Shown piece by piece: positions 45,911 through 55,942 of a DNA stretch of 64,000 nt. How positions within the stretch are numbered: the first letter of the stretch is position 1; each line of letters opens with the position of its first letter. The notes beneath the pieces were generated by a model, which saw nothing but the letters and a program-made list of their open reading frames with translations, was not told where the DNA came from and did no database searches. The stretch is from Bacteroidales bacterium (lineage in GTDB: Bacteria > Bacteroidota > Bacteroidia > Bacteroidales > VadinHA17): contig JALONR010000013.1 of assembly GCA_025454815.1 (NCBI GenBank), forward strand, positions 37,140 through 101,139, written 5' to 3'. A program made the translations under genes and the position numbers.

Positions 45911-47820
45911 CTACAGATCCATTATTGTTCTTATCCTCTCCTGCCTGAGCACAATTGCTGTGCGGGCAGGGAGGTAGAGCTTGAGGTGATGTGGTGCAGT
46001 GACGCCGTAATGCCCCTGGTCGGGAAGTGAAAAATAGGCCTGTGTGGTGTCTATCCGGCCCTGCCCTCCGAAGAGAGGGTCATCCGTGTCAAGCACAATC
46101 CTGAACTTACCCTTGATCGGAATGCCGTAGTCGGTAAATGAAACCGTCGGGTTGAAGTTCATAACGGTTACCAGGTCACCGCGCCTAAAGGCAATTATCT
46201 TGTCAATATTGTTGACTGACAGTGTTTCTGTTAGTTGCAGCCCGGGCAGGCCGTGGTTTCTTCCGGCAGCAATCATTGCCCTGTCAAACTCGTCGAGGTG
46301 ACGGTACCGGAGCAGCTCATTTTCTGCCAGGCTCCATTGTCGCCGTGCGTATTTATAACTCCATCCGTTGCCTTCCCTGGGAAAATCTATCCATTCAGGA
46401 TGACCGAACTCATTCCCCATGAAGGTGAGGTATCCGCCTCCTGCCGCCATGAAGGTAAAGAGCCTGATCATCTTATGCAGTGACACTGCACGGTCAATTA
46501 TGAGGCTGGGTGTCAGTATGCTCATGGAGGTGTACATCTCCTTGTCAGCCAGCCTGAAGATCAGGGTCTTGTCACCCACCAGGGCCTGGTCGTGAGATTC
46601 GCAGTATGAGACAACACGCTCCTCGGAACGGTGCTGGGTTAGTTCATGAAGCAGGTATCCCAGGTCCCATTCCTCATCAGGAATCTCCTTGACCATCTTG
46701 ATCCAGATGTCTGGCACACCCATTGCCAGCCTGTAGTCAAACCCTATGCCTCCGGAAGCAACTGAAGCGGCAAGCCCGGGCATGCCGCTCATCTCCTCGG
46801 CTACGGTTACAGCCTCGGGATTGAACTCATGGATCAGCTTGTTGGCAAGGGTGAGGTATACAATGGCATCCGTGTCCTGGTTGCCGTCAAAGTACTGTTT
46901 GTAGGAGACGAAGTTTGACCCCAGTCCATGATCATAATAGAGCATGCTGGTTATTCCGTCAAAGCGGAATCCGTCAAAGCGGAACTCTTCAAGCCAGTAC
47001 TTGCAGTTGGAGAGGAGGAAATGGTTAACCTCGGGCTTGCCGTAGTCATAACAGAGCGAATCCCATGCCACATGCTTTCTCCGGGTATCGGTGTGGAAAT
47101 AGAGACCCGGATCACCGTCAAGAAGGCCCAGCCCTTCAAATATATTGGATACGGCATGAGAGTGTACCAGGTCCATTATGACCCTGATCCCCATACCATG
47201 AGCTGTATCGATCAGTTCCTTCAGGTCATCAGGTGTGCCGAAGCGTGATGAAGGGGCGAAAAGGTTTGATACATGATAGCCGAATGACCCATAATAGGGG
47301 TGCTCCTGTATGGCCATTAGCTGTATGGTGTTATAACCCAGGTTCTTCACACGGGGAAGGACGTTTTTGGTAAACTCACGGTAGCTGCCTGTCCTCTCCT
47401 CCTCGGTAGCCATACCAACATGGGCCTCGTAGACCAGCAGGGAAGCGGGCGGTGGCGGTGAAGGGTGAATCATGTTATAGCCGTTGTCCGGATCCCAGAC
47501 CTGTGCCGTGAAGATTTTGGTAACATCATCCTGAACCGCCCACCCTCTTCAGTCCTGTTGAGTGCGTACCGTTGATCCTCCTTCCAGTCGCTGAATGTTC
47601 CGATCAGATTTATTGAGGTGGCATTCGGGGCATGCTCCCTGAAAACCCACCCCTTTGCCGTCCGGTGAAGACCGTACCAGTGATGGCCGTTGGCATAGTC
47701 AGTGAGGGTACGCCCTCCGGTAAACAACAACTCGCGGTCTTTCAGGTAGGTGAGCCTTGCCTCTATTGTATCCCTGAAGGGATCAAGCCACGGGTCGATA
47801 TTGTAGTATCTTTTTATCAC
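45911..47820 (-). pseudogene. glgB: GH13 1,4-alpha-glucan branching enzyme, split into two ORFs by a 1-nt frameshift (true pseudogene or assembly error)
   Basis: GFRFDGITSMLY, VAEEMSGMP and YCESHDQALVGDKT are GH13_8-type regions. The N-terminal ORF (47470-47820) and C-terminal ORF (45911-47473) are adjacent. The second frame is already open back to ~47552, which places the shift in the G-rich run at 47536-47552. Confidence 0.75.
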
Positions 47821-47911
47821 GCGATTAATCTTATACCAAGATACGAAAAGGTATTGTCAATAATACTGCCTTTCAGCCGTATCTTCAAGGTTTTTCCTGC
47901 CAGGCAGTCTA

Positions 47912-50275
47912 TCAATTACTTTCAGGATCCTTCACATAGGACCAGGATGCCGGGAGTCTCCTGTCGCCGAAAACCGTAAGGGTGAAACGAACCTTTGAAT
48001 TATAGTCAGGAACCGGGACCTTGAATTTTTTAATGCCTCCGTCCGAAGGATAAGTGGACCACAGCAGGGTATTGCCGTATACCGGAATCCTTCCGGATGA
48101 ATCCCCTTCGAAGGGGCGGAAACTGAGAGCAACATCGGCGAACGGATATTTGATCCGGAGAGCTGACCGTGGCAGCTTCTGAAGCCTGAAGTCTCCCTTT
48201 TTTGTTATTATGCTTATTACCGGGGGCAGAAGCAGGGCTCCTGATCTGTAACGATTAAGGATTACGTCGATATACTCGGTCTGCTCCGGCGGAAGTCCGG
48301 CAACAACATCAGGATCAGTATTATAGGTGCCATCAATAAAAATCAGCGGTGATTCCCTGATTTCCTTTCCTGTTTTGGGGTCAGAGATACGGAACTCGTA
48401 CTTATTCCGGTTTTTGACAAGGTTCACACCAGGGATCAGTTCAAAGAAAAGCTCCTCCATGTCAGGTAGCATGATATAATCTGACAGAACGAGGTGAAGT
48501 CCTGTGCTTCCGTAGAAATGGCCTCTTCCCGGGGCAACCTGGTAGCGGGGTATGGTATCAGCATCAGACAGTTCATAGATCCTCATTACCTGGCTGTTGA
48601 TGCTCATTCTCAATGCCGCCTCATCAGCTGCCTGACGGGTATCTGTGCCCTGTTGATGCAGAAGGTGATATTCCTGGCTGAAGGGGGATGCGATTTTAAG
48701 GACGATATTAGAGGAGGTATCCTGCGGGTATACAACAATCTCCCCGGTTCCCGTCCCCGGGGGAATTATGAATGTGAATTTTCCCGAGTTGTCGCTTCTG
48801 GCGTACTGCAGGAAACACTCCTTCCCGGGGATATTGATGAACAGAATCATTCCCGGAGCCGGATGCTGAGTATCAAGGTCAAGCACTGTGCCTGCGACTG
48901 CAAGGCCCCTTGTCTCTGCCATCACTCTTGTTTCCCTGCTTCCGGCCGGTACAGGGGAAGTTTGGTCCATAATCATCAGGAGATCTTCACTCAGTAATGC
49001 CTTTCCTGTGAGAAAAGGTTTCAAAAAGGGATCATTGATTACAGAAGCTGCCAGCCATGGTTCAAGCATTGACCTGGCACGTATGTCAGGGGCATCTTCT
49101 TCTGCACAGGCTGCGGAAAGGACGGCATAGGATGCCCATCCGGGCAATGTTACCGTGATGCTGTCTTCACCGGGTACAAAGATTACCGGATCCGTGACAG
49201 GGAAGGGGCTTTTATTGTCGCCGGCCAGAAAAAGCACAGATGATAGAAGGTTTCCCCTGCTGTCATACAGAAGGGCTTGCCCTATGCCTTCACCCTGTTC
49301 ATCTGAAGGCAGGTCAATGACCATTTCTTTGGCTGAAGGTACCAGCTGCCTGTAGAAGATTATTCCTGACTGATCTGCGGCTGCCAGGTGGAGCGACCCG
49401 GTTTCTGTCCGGGCGGTACCTGTGGGCGGATGTACCCTGAAACTGACTCCGCCGACGTGGTTCCTTTCAACTGAAAGAGCATGGCTAAACAGCTCCTGCG
49501 GTGATATTTCCGCTATCACCCTTACTGAATCGATAATCGCTTCCGCAGTAAGTTTCCCCGTAACAGGAAGAGTCATCATGGCTGAGCCTAATCCTGTAAA
49601 TTCGGTTGTTATAGTATCACAGGGAATCCCATCAGGTCCTGAGATTACTATCCGGGCTGACATGCCGGCTCCGTCAGCGCCAGTTACTTTTGCAAGTACC
49701 CTGCAAACAGACCCGGGAATTGCGATGCCACCCTCCGCGAGGAGCATGAGAGCCGGTCCGGCAACAGGCTCTCCTGTAATAATCCTGGTATAAGTGTCAC
49801 CGTTGCTGTATGGATTAAAAACCCGGATCATTTTTACAAAGTACTTCTCCAGTCCGTATGGAATCATTGCCTGTGTGTAACCTCTCACCAGGTAGTCACC
49901 CGAGGAGATGGTGTCAGGCAGAGGTAGCATCCCGGATCCCCTCCCGGAGTCATCAAGAAGGATGCGGCTCTGGGCTACGGGCATGCTCCGGCGGTTAAGG
50001 ATTTCGACGTAACCTGCTATGCTGTGCCAGTTAGTGTTAGTCGCATTCCCTGTGATATTGAGCGCATACCACACATGTTCCCCGGCAATGTATGTTTCAC
50101 GGTCAGTAACGATGATCGCCGACTCACCTTCCCGCCGCGGCATATAATGCCTGACAGCATAGATTGTATCATTGCTGATACAATGACTTTCCGTAGGAAG
50201 GGCTTTCAACGGCCTGACCATAAACGTCATGAGAACGGCTGCTGTTGCCAGCACGCTAATCGTTGAAGCCTTCAT
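47912..50275 (-). CDS. Large secreted hypothetical protein with an MG2-like (alpha-2-macroglobulin-like) N-terminal domain and a CarboxypepD_reg-like domain
   Basis: Signal MKASTISVLATAAVLMTFMV. TDRETYIAGEHVWYAL…SGDYLVRGYT resembles bacterial A2M MG2. The later VAGTVLDLDTQHPAPGMILFI…DNSGKFTF is CarbopepD_reg-like. Last gene of a 4-gene operon. Confidence 0.55.
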   Translation of the reverse strand: MKASTISVLATAAVLMTFMVRPLKALPTESHCISNDTIYAVRHYMPRREGESAIIVTDRETYIAGEHVWYALNITGNATNTNWHSIAGYVEILNRRSMPVAQSRILLDDSGRGSGMLPLPDTISSGDYLVRGYTQAMIPYGLEKYFVKMIRVFNPYSNGDTYTRIITGEPVAGPALMLLAEGGIAIPGSVCRVLAKVTGADGAGMSARIVISGPDGIPCDTITTEFTGLGSAMMTLPVTGKLTAEAIIDSVRVIAEISPQELFSHALSVERNHVGGVSFRVHPPTGTARTETGSLHLAAADQSGIIFYRQLVPSAKEMVIDLPSDEQGEGIGQALLYDSRGNLLSSVLFLAGDNKSPFPVTDPVIFVPGEDSITVTLPGWASYAVLSAACAEEDAPDIRARSMLEPWLAASVINDPFLKPFLTGKALLSEDLLMIMDQTSPVPAGSRETRVMAETRGLAVAGTVLDLDTQHPAPGMILFINIPGKECFLQYARSDNSGKFTFIIPPGTGTGEIVVYPQDTSSNIVLKIASPFSQEYHLLHQQGTDTRQAADEAALRMSINSQVMRIYELSDADTIPRYQVAPGRGHFYGSTGLHLVLSDYIMLPDMEELFFELIPGVNLVKNRNKYEFRISDPKTGKEIRESPLIFIDGTYNTDPDVVAGLPPEQTEYIDVILNRYRSGALLLPPVISIITKKGDFRLQKLPRSALRIKYPFADVALSFRPFEGDSSGRIPVYGNTLLWSTYPSDGGIKKFKVPVPDYNSKVRFTLTVFGDRRLPASWSYVKDPESN

Positions 50276-51392
50276 CCCAGTAGTCAGGTTTGACGTTAGA
50301 AGCAAAGTATGAGCAGTCAGTACAGGAGATATTTGAGGTTATATCCCAGCGTTCCGGCGGAGGGGTGCCGTCAGTATCTATTATGTTCAGGATGAAAATG
50401 TATGTTCCGAGGCCGGGAAGATGATAGTTGACGTCAATGGTTTCCTCGATGCACTGAGCATTGTATATATCAGGAACCACCAGCGGCCTGGTGATAAATA
50501 TTCTTTTGTGTGATACTCCCGAGACGCTGAAAAAACCCAGTACAGCATCACCCGGATTGGTCAGGCAGATCACATTTCCTGTGACTGTAACCGGGGTAAC
50601 ATCATACAGACCGCCGGTATTTTCAGAGATGGTCTTTACACTGTTCCAGAATTCATACTCTTCCCTGCTTGTTGAGTACTGGTGGACATTGATGCTGTAT
50701 TTGTGCTGTCCCCTGTTGGTTGAATTATTGAATGTGGTAATTGTCAGGTCAGAGATACGGTCTTCTGATAATGCCTCGGTATTTGCCGCGAGAATGTTTT
50801 GTGATTCTTCGTGCCTCCAGCAGATCTTTTTCTCTATGGGTACATTATTGAAGGGGAGGTTTATTTCCCATGTCTCATCGTAGGTCCATCTGAAATAATG
50901 ATTATCTGAGGTGGCATCAAATGTATTCAGCATGATCCTTACAGCCTGTTCAGTTTCACCGGAGGCATTTATCTCCCGCTCAATGACCTCATAACCGACA
51001 CTGTCTACAGGAGGTGCCTTACGGAGCAGACAGGGTGATGACCTGTATTCAACTCCGCTGTGATTGATATGAAGTGTGTAACTCTTCCCTGGCTGCCCCG
51101 TGAATACGGTTGAGTCACTGTAATAATAACCGGCTCTTTTTTCCACGAAGAGGAATGTGTTGCCGGTATCGTCGCTTACATAAACAACGGCTCCGGTTGC
51201 AGGTTCTTCCTCCGATGAAACATCAAGCGGCCTCGAGAGGCCAAGCCTGATGATATACGATCTGTTATCGTCAGTAATCAGCCCGTTTACCGTGAGGAAC
51301 CTGTTCTGTGACACTATTTCAGGGGTAAACTGGCTGATGCATGAAGCCAGGGCTGCCAGTATTATTAACGGTATGATATAAATGATTCTCAT
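50256..51392 (-). CDS. DUF4249-family lipoprotein
   Basis: Signal …LAALASC. FLTVNGLITDD…YIIRL, …GKSYTLHI and the size and position directly after a TonB-dependent receptor are typical of DUF4249. Confidence 0.7.
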   Translation of the reverse strand: MRIIYIIPLIILAALASCISQFTPEIVSQNRFLTVNGLITDDNRSYIIRLGLSRPLDVSSEEEPATGAVVYVSDDTGNTFLFVEKRAGYYYSDSTVFTGQPGKSYTLHINHSGVEYRSSPCLLRKAPPVDSVGYEVIEREINASGETEQAVRIMLNTFDATSDNHYFRWTYDETWEINLPFNNVPIEKKICWRHEESQNILAANTEALSEDRISDLTITTFNNSTNRGQHKYSINVHQYSTSREEYEFWNSVKTISENTGGLYDVTPVTVTGNVICLTNPGDAVLGFFSVSGVSHKRIFITRPLVVPDIYNAQCIEETIDVNYHLPGLGTYIFILNIIDTDGTPPPERWDITSNISCTDCSYFASNVKPDYWDEGFND

Positions 51393-51400
51393 CCTCTGGT

Positions 51401-54133
51401 TCAGAAGTCAATTTTATATGAAAGGGTCGGGATCATCCGGCCGAAGACAGAGAGGGTATAACCCTGGATCTTTCCGTCTTCGATACGAAAAAATGCTGAA
51501 TATACATTTTCGCGTCCGGTCAGGTTGTACATTGAGATGCTCCATGAAGGCCGGAATAGTCTTTCGGCTTTCAGATTGCTGTAAATGTTAAGTGAGACAT
51601 CCCAGCGGAAGTAATCGGGGAGCCGGTATTGGTTACGGTCGGAATAATGAATCACGGGCACTCCTGAATGCGAATACCAGGTCACCGGGTAGGTCACCGG
51701 CCTTCCGGTGGCATATACGAGGTTCATGCTCCAGCTCATTCTCCTGGAATATAGCCAGTTAATTTGAAGATTCAGGTCATGGGGCCGGTCGTAGTTTGCA
51801 GGGTAGTATTCTCCCCTGTTGATAATTTCAGGCCCGAATTCGCCTGTGCTTCGGAGCATAACGCGTGACCATGTGTAGTTCAGGGTCATTTTGAGCTTAC
51901 CCCTGTTCTTTTTGAGCATCAGTTCCATACCGTATGCTTTTCCGCGGGCAGGGATGAGATCCTGTTCTATCATCCGGTTTAGTGTGAGTACCGCCCCTCC
52001 CTTGTAGTCAATCAGGTTATGAAGCCATTTGTAGTAACCGTCAACGGATAGTTCATAATCATTGTCCAGAATCTCAAGGTAAATACCTGCCGCCAACTGG
52101 TCACCTGACTGCGGCCTGGTGTGATAATCGGACATCTTCCAGGTATCGGTAGGGGAAATTGCCATGGTATTTGATAAAAGATGCAGGTACTGGTAAGTCC
52201 TGTTGTAATTCACCTTTAAGGCGCTTTCTCCGGAGATCCGGTAATTCAGTGAAAACCTGACTTCAGGACCGGCATAGGCTTTAATGATATTGCCTGAACG
52301 GAATGACAACGAATCGGTTATTGTGTTTATCTCCTTTGAGAACAATGGATTATACAGGTACACCTTTTCCGGCCCCATAGCAAGGAAGCTAGAGAGCCGG
52401 ATTCCAGCCCTTGCCGTGAGGTGGTAGTTGATATCTGCCTTATAATCAGCGTAAACAGCAGATTCGAACCCGGTCTCACGGTCAATCTCTATTGACCTGA
52501 CCACTGACAGGGGCGGGATTGGTGTTCGCCGGCCCGGATTGATAATATGGTAATTGGTCTCACCACCAAATTTAAATTCATGGCCACTGCTGAGGTACCA
52601 GGTAAGATTTGCCCTGGCAGAGGTTGTGTTTATGCTATGCTGCATATTCGCCGCATACTCTCCTATGCGGGTATTGCTTATGCTGTAGCGGTAGTGGCTG
52701 TTGGTAAGACTGAAAACAGCAAAGAGAGATTGGGAGAAATTATGCCTGAGACGTGATGATATAATATGGTTATCATAGGCATAACTGGTGTCACTGTTAA
52801 ACCTGAAGTCGTCATGGCTGTAATAGGCTGACACCTCAAGCTGACTGTTTTTACCTGCATCAGCTGTTATATGGGCATTGAGGTCATGGAAACCTGCATT
52901 GCTGTTTCTGAGGGCTGCATCCGGCAGTAAGTCAAGAATCCAGTTTGAGTATGTTCTCCTGCCGGCCAGCAGGAACGAGGAGTGGTCTTTCCTGATGGGC
53001 CCTTCAACGGTCAGGTGTGCAGCTATCATGCTTATTCCCGCATTGCCGGAATATTCTTTCCTGTTACCGTCCTTTTCGGTTATTTCAAGTATTGATGATA
53101 CCCTCCCGCCGTATTGTGATGGTATTCCTCCCTTGTAAAGTGCCACATCACTGATCACCTCTGAATTCACTGCACTGAAAAAGCCAAAGAGATGAGATGA
53201 ATTATATACCGGTGCACCATACAAAAGGATAAGGTTCTGATCTGCAGACCCTCCTCTTACGTTAAATCCTGCCGAACCCTCTCCAACTGTCTGTACTCCT
53301 GGCAGAAGCAGCATGCTCTTTATCAGGTCAGCCTCCCCCAATGAAGATGGTGACAGTCTGATAGTCATTATGTTCATCCTCGCCATGCCGCTCTCAAGCC
53401 TGTCCATCTTATCACGACGGCTGGCGGTTACAACCGCATCCCTGATCGCTATTACTCGTTCATCCATCGCTACGCTCAGCTTTCCTCCGGCATACAGGTT
53501 GACATTCCTGTATGTGTCAACCGAACCGAGAGACCTGTATTCCACCTTATATGAACCCCGTGGAACGGCCAGCAGGTAATACCCGTCCTGGTTTGTAACC
53601 ACACCGGCACCCAGTTCCCTGATCTGTACTGATGCTCCGGCAACCGGTTCCCCGGTGGCATTGTTGGTGATGAATCCGGACAGCAGAACCCTCCCCTCCA
53701 GATTCCTGTCAGCAGGATTGCCGAAGGTGATAACCTCGCTTTCAAGGATATTCCCGGCTACCGTGGTGACCGTATCTGTCATGGAAAGTAAATCACCGAT
53801 CCGGGAGACAGGCTCAAAGCTGTCCCTCACAGCAAAACCTTTGGTAATAATAATGTTACCGGTTCCGTCATCAAGACAGTACAGACCACGCGGACCGACG
53901 ATCATCGTGATGATGCTAACAGGAGTGGCATTATCCCATGACCCGGTAACCCGGATATCAACCGTCCATTCCGGACGATAAAAGATCTTTGTACCTGTTC
54001 GGGCCTCAATGGTGTCTGAGAATTCAGCAAATACCATGTTACGGACACTGCCTGTGAAAAGCAGTTCCTTTTCCTGACCTGTCAGCAAAACCACTCTGAG
54101 AGCAATCGCCGTCAGAAGAACAAGCCTCTTCAT
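51401..54133 (-). CDS. TonB-dependent receptor with an STN-like N-extension, a CarboxypepD_reg domain and a plug
   Basis: LSGFITNNATGEPVAGASVQIRELGAGVVTNQDGYYLLAVPRGSY (CarbopepD_reg). Plug region …LLPGVQTVGEGSAGFNVRGGSADQNLILLYGAPVYN. Barrel ending …LSYKIDF. Confidence 0.88.
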   Translation of the reverse strand: MKRLVLLTAIALRVVLLTGQEKELLFTGSVRNMVFAEFSDTIEARTGTKIFYRPEWTVDIRVTGSWDNATPVSIITMIVGPRGLYCLDDGTGNIIITKGFAVRDSFEPVSRIGDLLSMTDTVTTVAGNILESEVITFGNPADRNLEGRVLLSGFITNNATGEPVAGASVQIRELGAGVVTNQDGYYLLAVPRGSYKVEYRSLGSVDTYRNVNLYAGGKLSVAMDERVIAIRDAVVTASRRDKMDRLESGMARMNIMTIRLSPSSLGEADLIKSMLLLPGVQTVGEGSAGFNVRGGSADQNLILLYGAPVYNSSHLFGFFSAVNSEVISDVALYKGGIPSQYGGRVSSILEITEKDGNRKEYSGNAGISMIAAHLTVEGPIRKDHSSFLLAGRRTYSNWILDLLPDAALRNSNAGFHDLNAHITADAGKNSQLEVSAYYSHDDFRFNSDTSYAYDNHIISSRLRHNFSQSLFAVFSLTNSHYRYSISNTRIGEYAANMQHSINTTSARANLTWYLSSGHEFKFGGETNYHIINPGRRTPIPPLSVVRSIEIDRETGFESAVYADYKADINYHLTARAGIRLSSFLAMGPEKVYLYNPLFSKEINTITDSLSFRSGNIIKAYAGPEVRFSLNYRISGESALKVNYNRTYQYLHLLSNTMAISPTDTWKMSDYHTRPQSGDQLAAGIYLEILDNDYELSVDGYYKWLHNLIDYKGGAVLTLNRMIEQDLIPARGKAYGMELMLKKNRGKLKMTLNYTWSRVMLRSTGEFGPEIINRGEYYPANYDRPHDLNLQINWLYSRRMSWSMNLVYATGRPVTYPVTWYSHSGVPVIHYSDRNQYRLPDYFRWDVSLNIYSNLKAERLFRPSWSISMYNLTGRENVYSAFFRIEDGKIQGYTLSVFGRMIPTLSYKIDF

Positions 54134-54828
54134 TCCTTACTTTCTCCTGTTACCAATGCATCATATCTGGCCGCCGCCAGGGCGAAACCTTCAGGAAACA
54201 GCCTGCTAACCACCACTTTTTTTTGCCTGATGTATCGCCTGACCTCCCTTTTGTGATCACCCATCATGTCATAAAAGGCCTTGGTACTCCGGATCTGGCT
54301 GCAGGTGCCGTTAACTAGGTAATAGTATTTCGTATTTTCCCTGAATTGTTCATATGACGATAGAGAGGCATTAACACTGAGTACTTTGGTGTACCTGGCA
54401 AGAACCATGCTGTGTCCGGCATGAAGCACTTCCGCAAATCCCTGAATATCAGCACATAGTCCGTCAGAGTTAATGAATCTCCTTTCCATTCCGTCATATT
54501 TCAGGATAAAGCTGTCAGTCCTCTTCCTGTCGATGATGATCGGGAAAGTTGACTGCCAGAGCAGGATAAGATTATCATTGCAGATATCATATTTCATCCT
54601 TATGCCGGAATATTCAATCCCCTCACTTGTAATATCACCGGTCATATAATTATCTGTCAGGAAAAATTCGTGGCCGGTTGCCGACGGGTAGAGAGGTTGC
54701 CATTCTATGCCTTTGTAAAGGTGCTGTTCTAGCCAGTCGGCATCCGGCTCACCCGCGCCGGGTGAATAATGCTGCCCGGTCAGCTGTGTTGTCAGAAGAA
54801 TGATACTGAACAGGAAAAGGGCTCTCAT
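54130..54828 (-). CDS. Secreted hypothetical protein (first gene of the receptor operon)
   Basis: Signal peptide MRALFLFSIILLTTQLTGQ. 4-nt overlap with the receptor gene. No family recognised. Confidence 0.6.
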   Translation of the reverse strand: MRALFLFSIILLTTQLTGQHYSPGAGEPDADWLEQHLYKGIEWQPLYPSATGHEFFLTDNYMTGDITSEGIEYSGIRMKYDICNDNLILLWQSTFPIIIDRKRTDSFILKYDGMERRFINSDGLCADIQGFAEVLHAGHSMVLARYTKVLSVNASLSSYEQFRENTKYYYLVNGTCSQIRSTKAFYDMMGDHKREVRRYIRQKKVVVSRLFPEGFALAAARYDALVTGESKE

Positions 54829-54954
54829 CGGGGTTTTGAATTGGAAGAGTGCTAAATTAACAAATTAGGTTGATCGGGAGTTCAGGTTGTTTAAAAACAT
54901 GTACCGGCGTACCTGCCGGATGCGATCTTTATTATTTTTGAATGTTGGTTTCAT

Positions 54955-55893
54955 ATGGAAGTCCACGACGGTTATACAGGTCTTTTGTTCAGGGATCCCG
55001 TAATCACAATGGGTGTCTTTGACGGTGTTCATCTTGGTCACAGGATGCTGCTGAGGCGTGTGACGGAGGAGGCATCGCTTACCGGCAGTGATTCCGTGGC
55101 GGTCACCTTTGACCCGCATCCGAGGATTGTCCTTACTGGTGATCCGGGCCATCTCAGTTTCCTTACCGATCTGGAGGAGCGGATACCGATACTGCAGGAG
55201 ACGGGCATCGGGCACCTTGTGGTCATTCCGTTTACGGCTGAACTGAGCAGGATGACAGCACCGGCATTTGTCGATTCAATACTCTGCCGCCATCTCGGGG
55301 TACGTCATCTTATTACCGGATACAATCACCATTTTGGCCGGAAGCACGAGGGCGACGCCAATACAATACTCGAGTGCTCCGCCAGGATGGATTTCAGGGT
55401 CACCCGGGAGGAAGCTTACCTGATCAACGGGGAACCGGTCAGCTCATCGCTGATAAGAAAAACACTCGGAGAGGGAAGAATTGAAAGGGCAACAGAAATG
55501 CTGGGCTATGATTACTTCATCAGGGGAAAGGTTGTCTCCGGAAGAAAAATAGGACGCAACATGGGCTTCCCCACGGCAAACATTGCTCCGCTCTTTGCCC
55601 ATAAACTTATACCACGGACGGGCGTATATGCAGTGGAAGCTGAAATTCATGGAGAGGAAGGCCGGTATGCCGGAATGCTTAACATAGGTCACAGACCTAC
55701 AATAAGCGACAGTGACGGCAACCGTACCATTGAGGTTCACCTTATCAGTTTCAGCGGAGACCTTTATGAGCGGCAAATCACAGTCACCTTCCGTCACCGG
55801 CTGAGGGACGAGATGAAGTTCAACGACATGGATGCCCTGGCAGCGCAGCTGGTCAAAGACCGTGAAATGACAATTGCCCTGCTTCAACACTGA
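54955..55893 (+). CDS. ribF: Bifunctional riboflavin kinase / FMN adenylyltransferase
   Basis: [10 protein letters not shown] (FAD synthetase). [15 protein letters not shown] and [13 protein letters not shown] (riboflavin kinase). Confidence 0.92.
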   Translation: MEVHDGYTGLLFRDPVITMGVFDGVHLGHRMLLRRVTEEASLTGSDSVAVTFDPHPRIVLTGDPGHLSFLTDLEERIPILQETGIGHLVVIPFTAELSRMTAPAFVDSILCRHLGVRHLITGYNHHFGRKHEGDANTILECSARMDFRVTREEAYLINGEPVSSSLIRKTLGEGRIERATEMLGYDYFIRGKVVSGRKIGRNMGFPTANIAPLFAHKLIPRTGVYAVEAEIHGEEGRYAGMLNIGHRPTISDSDGNRTIEVHLISFSGDLYERQITVTFRHRLRDEMKFNDMDALAAQLVKDREMTIALLQH

Positions 55894-55914
55894 ACAAAAA
55901 CTTATTTTTTTAGT

Positions 55915-55922
55915 TAACTTTG
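55915..55922 (+). promoter_or_regulatory. Bacteroidota -7 promoter box (TAnnTTTG) for ahcY
   Basis: taactttg lies 21 nt upstream of the ATG at 55943. Confidence 0.4.
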
Positions 55923-55942
55923 CAGTCCAAAAATTCAGGAAC

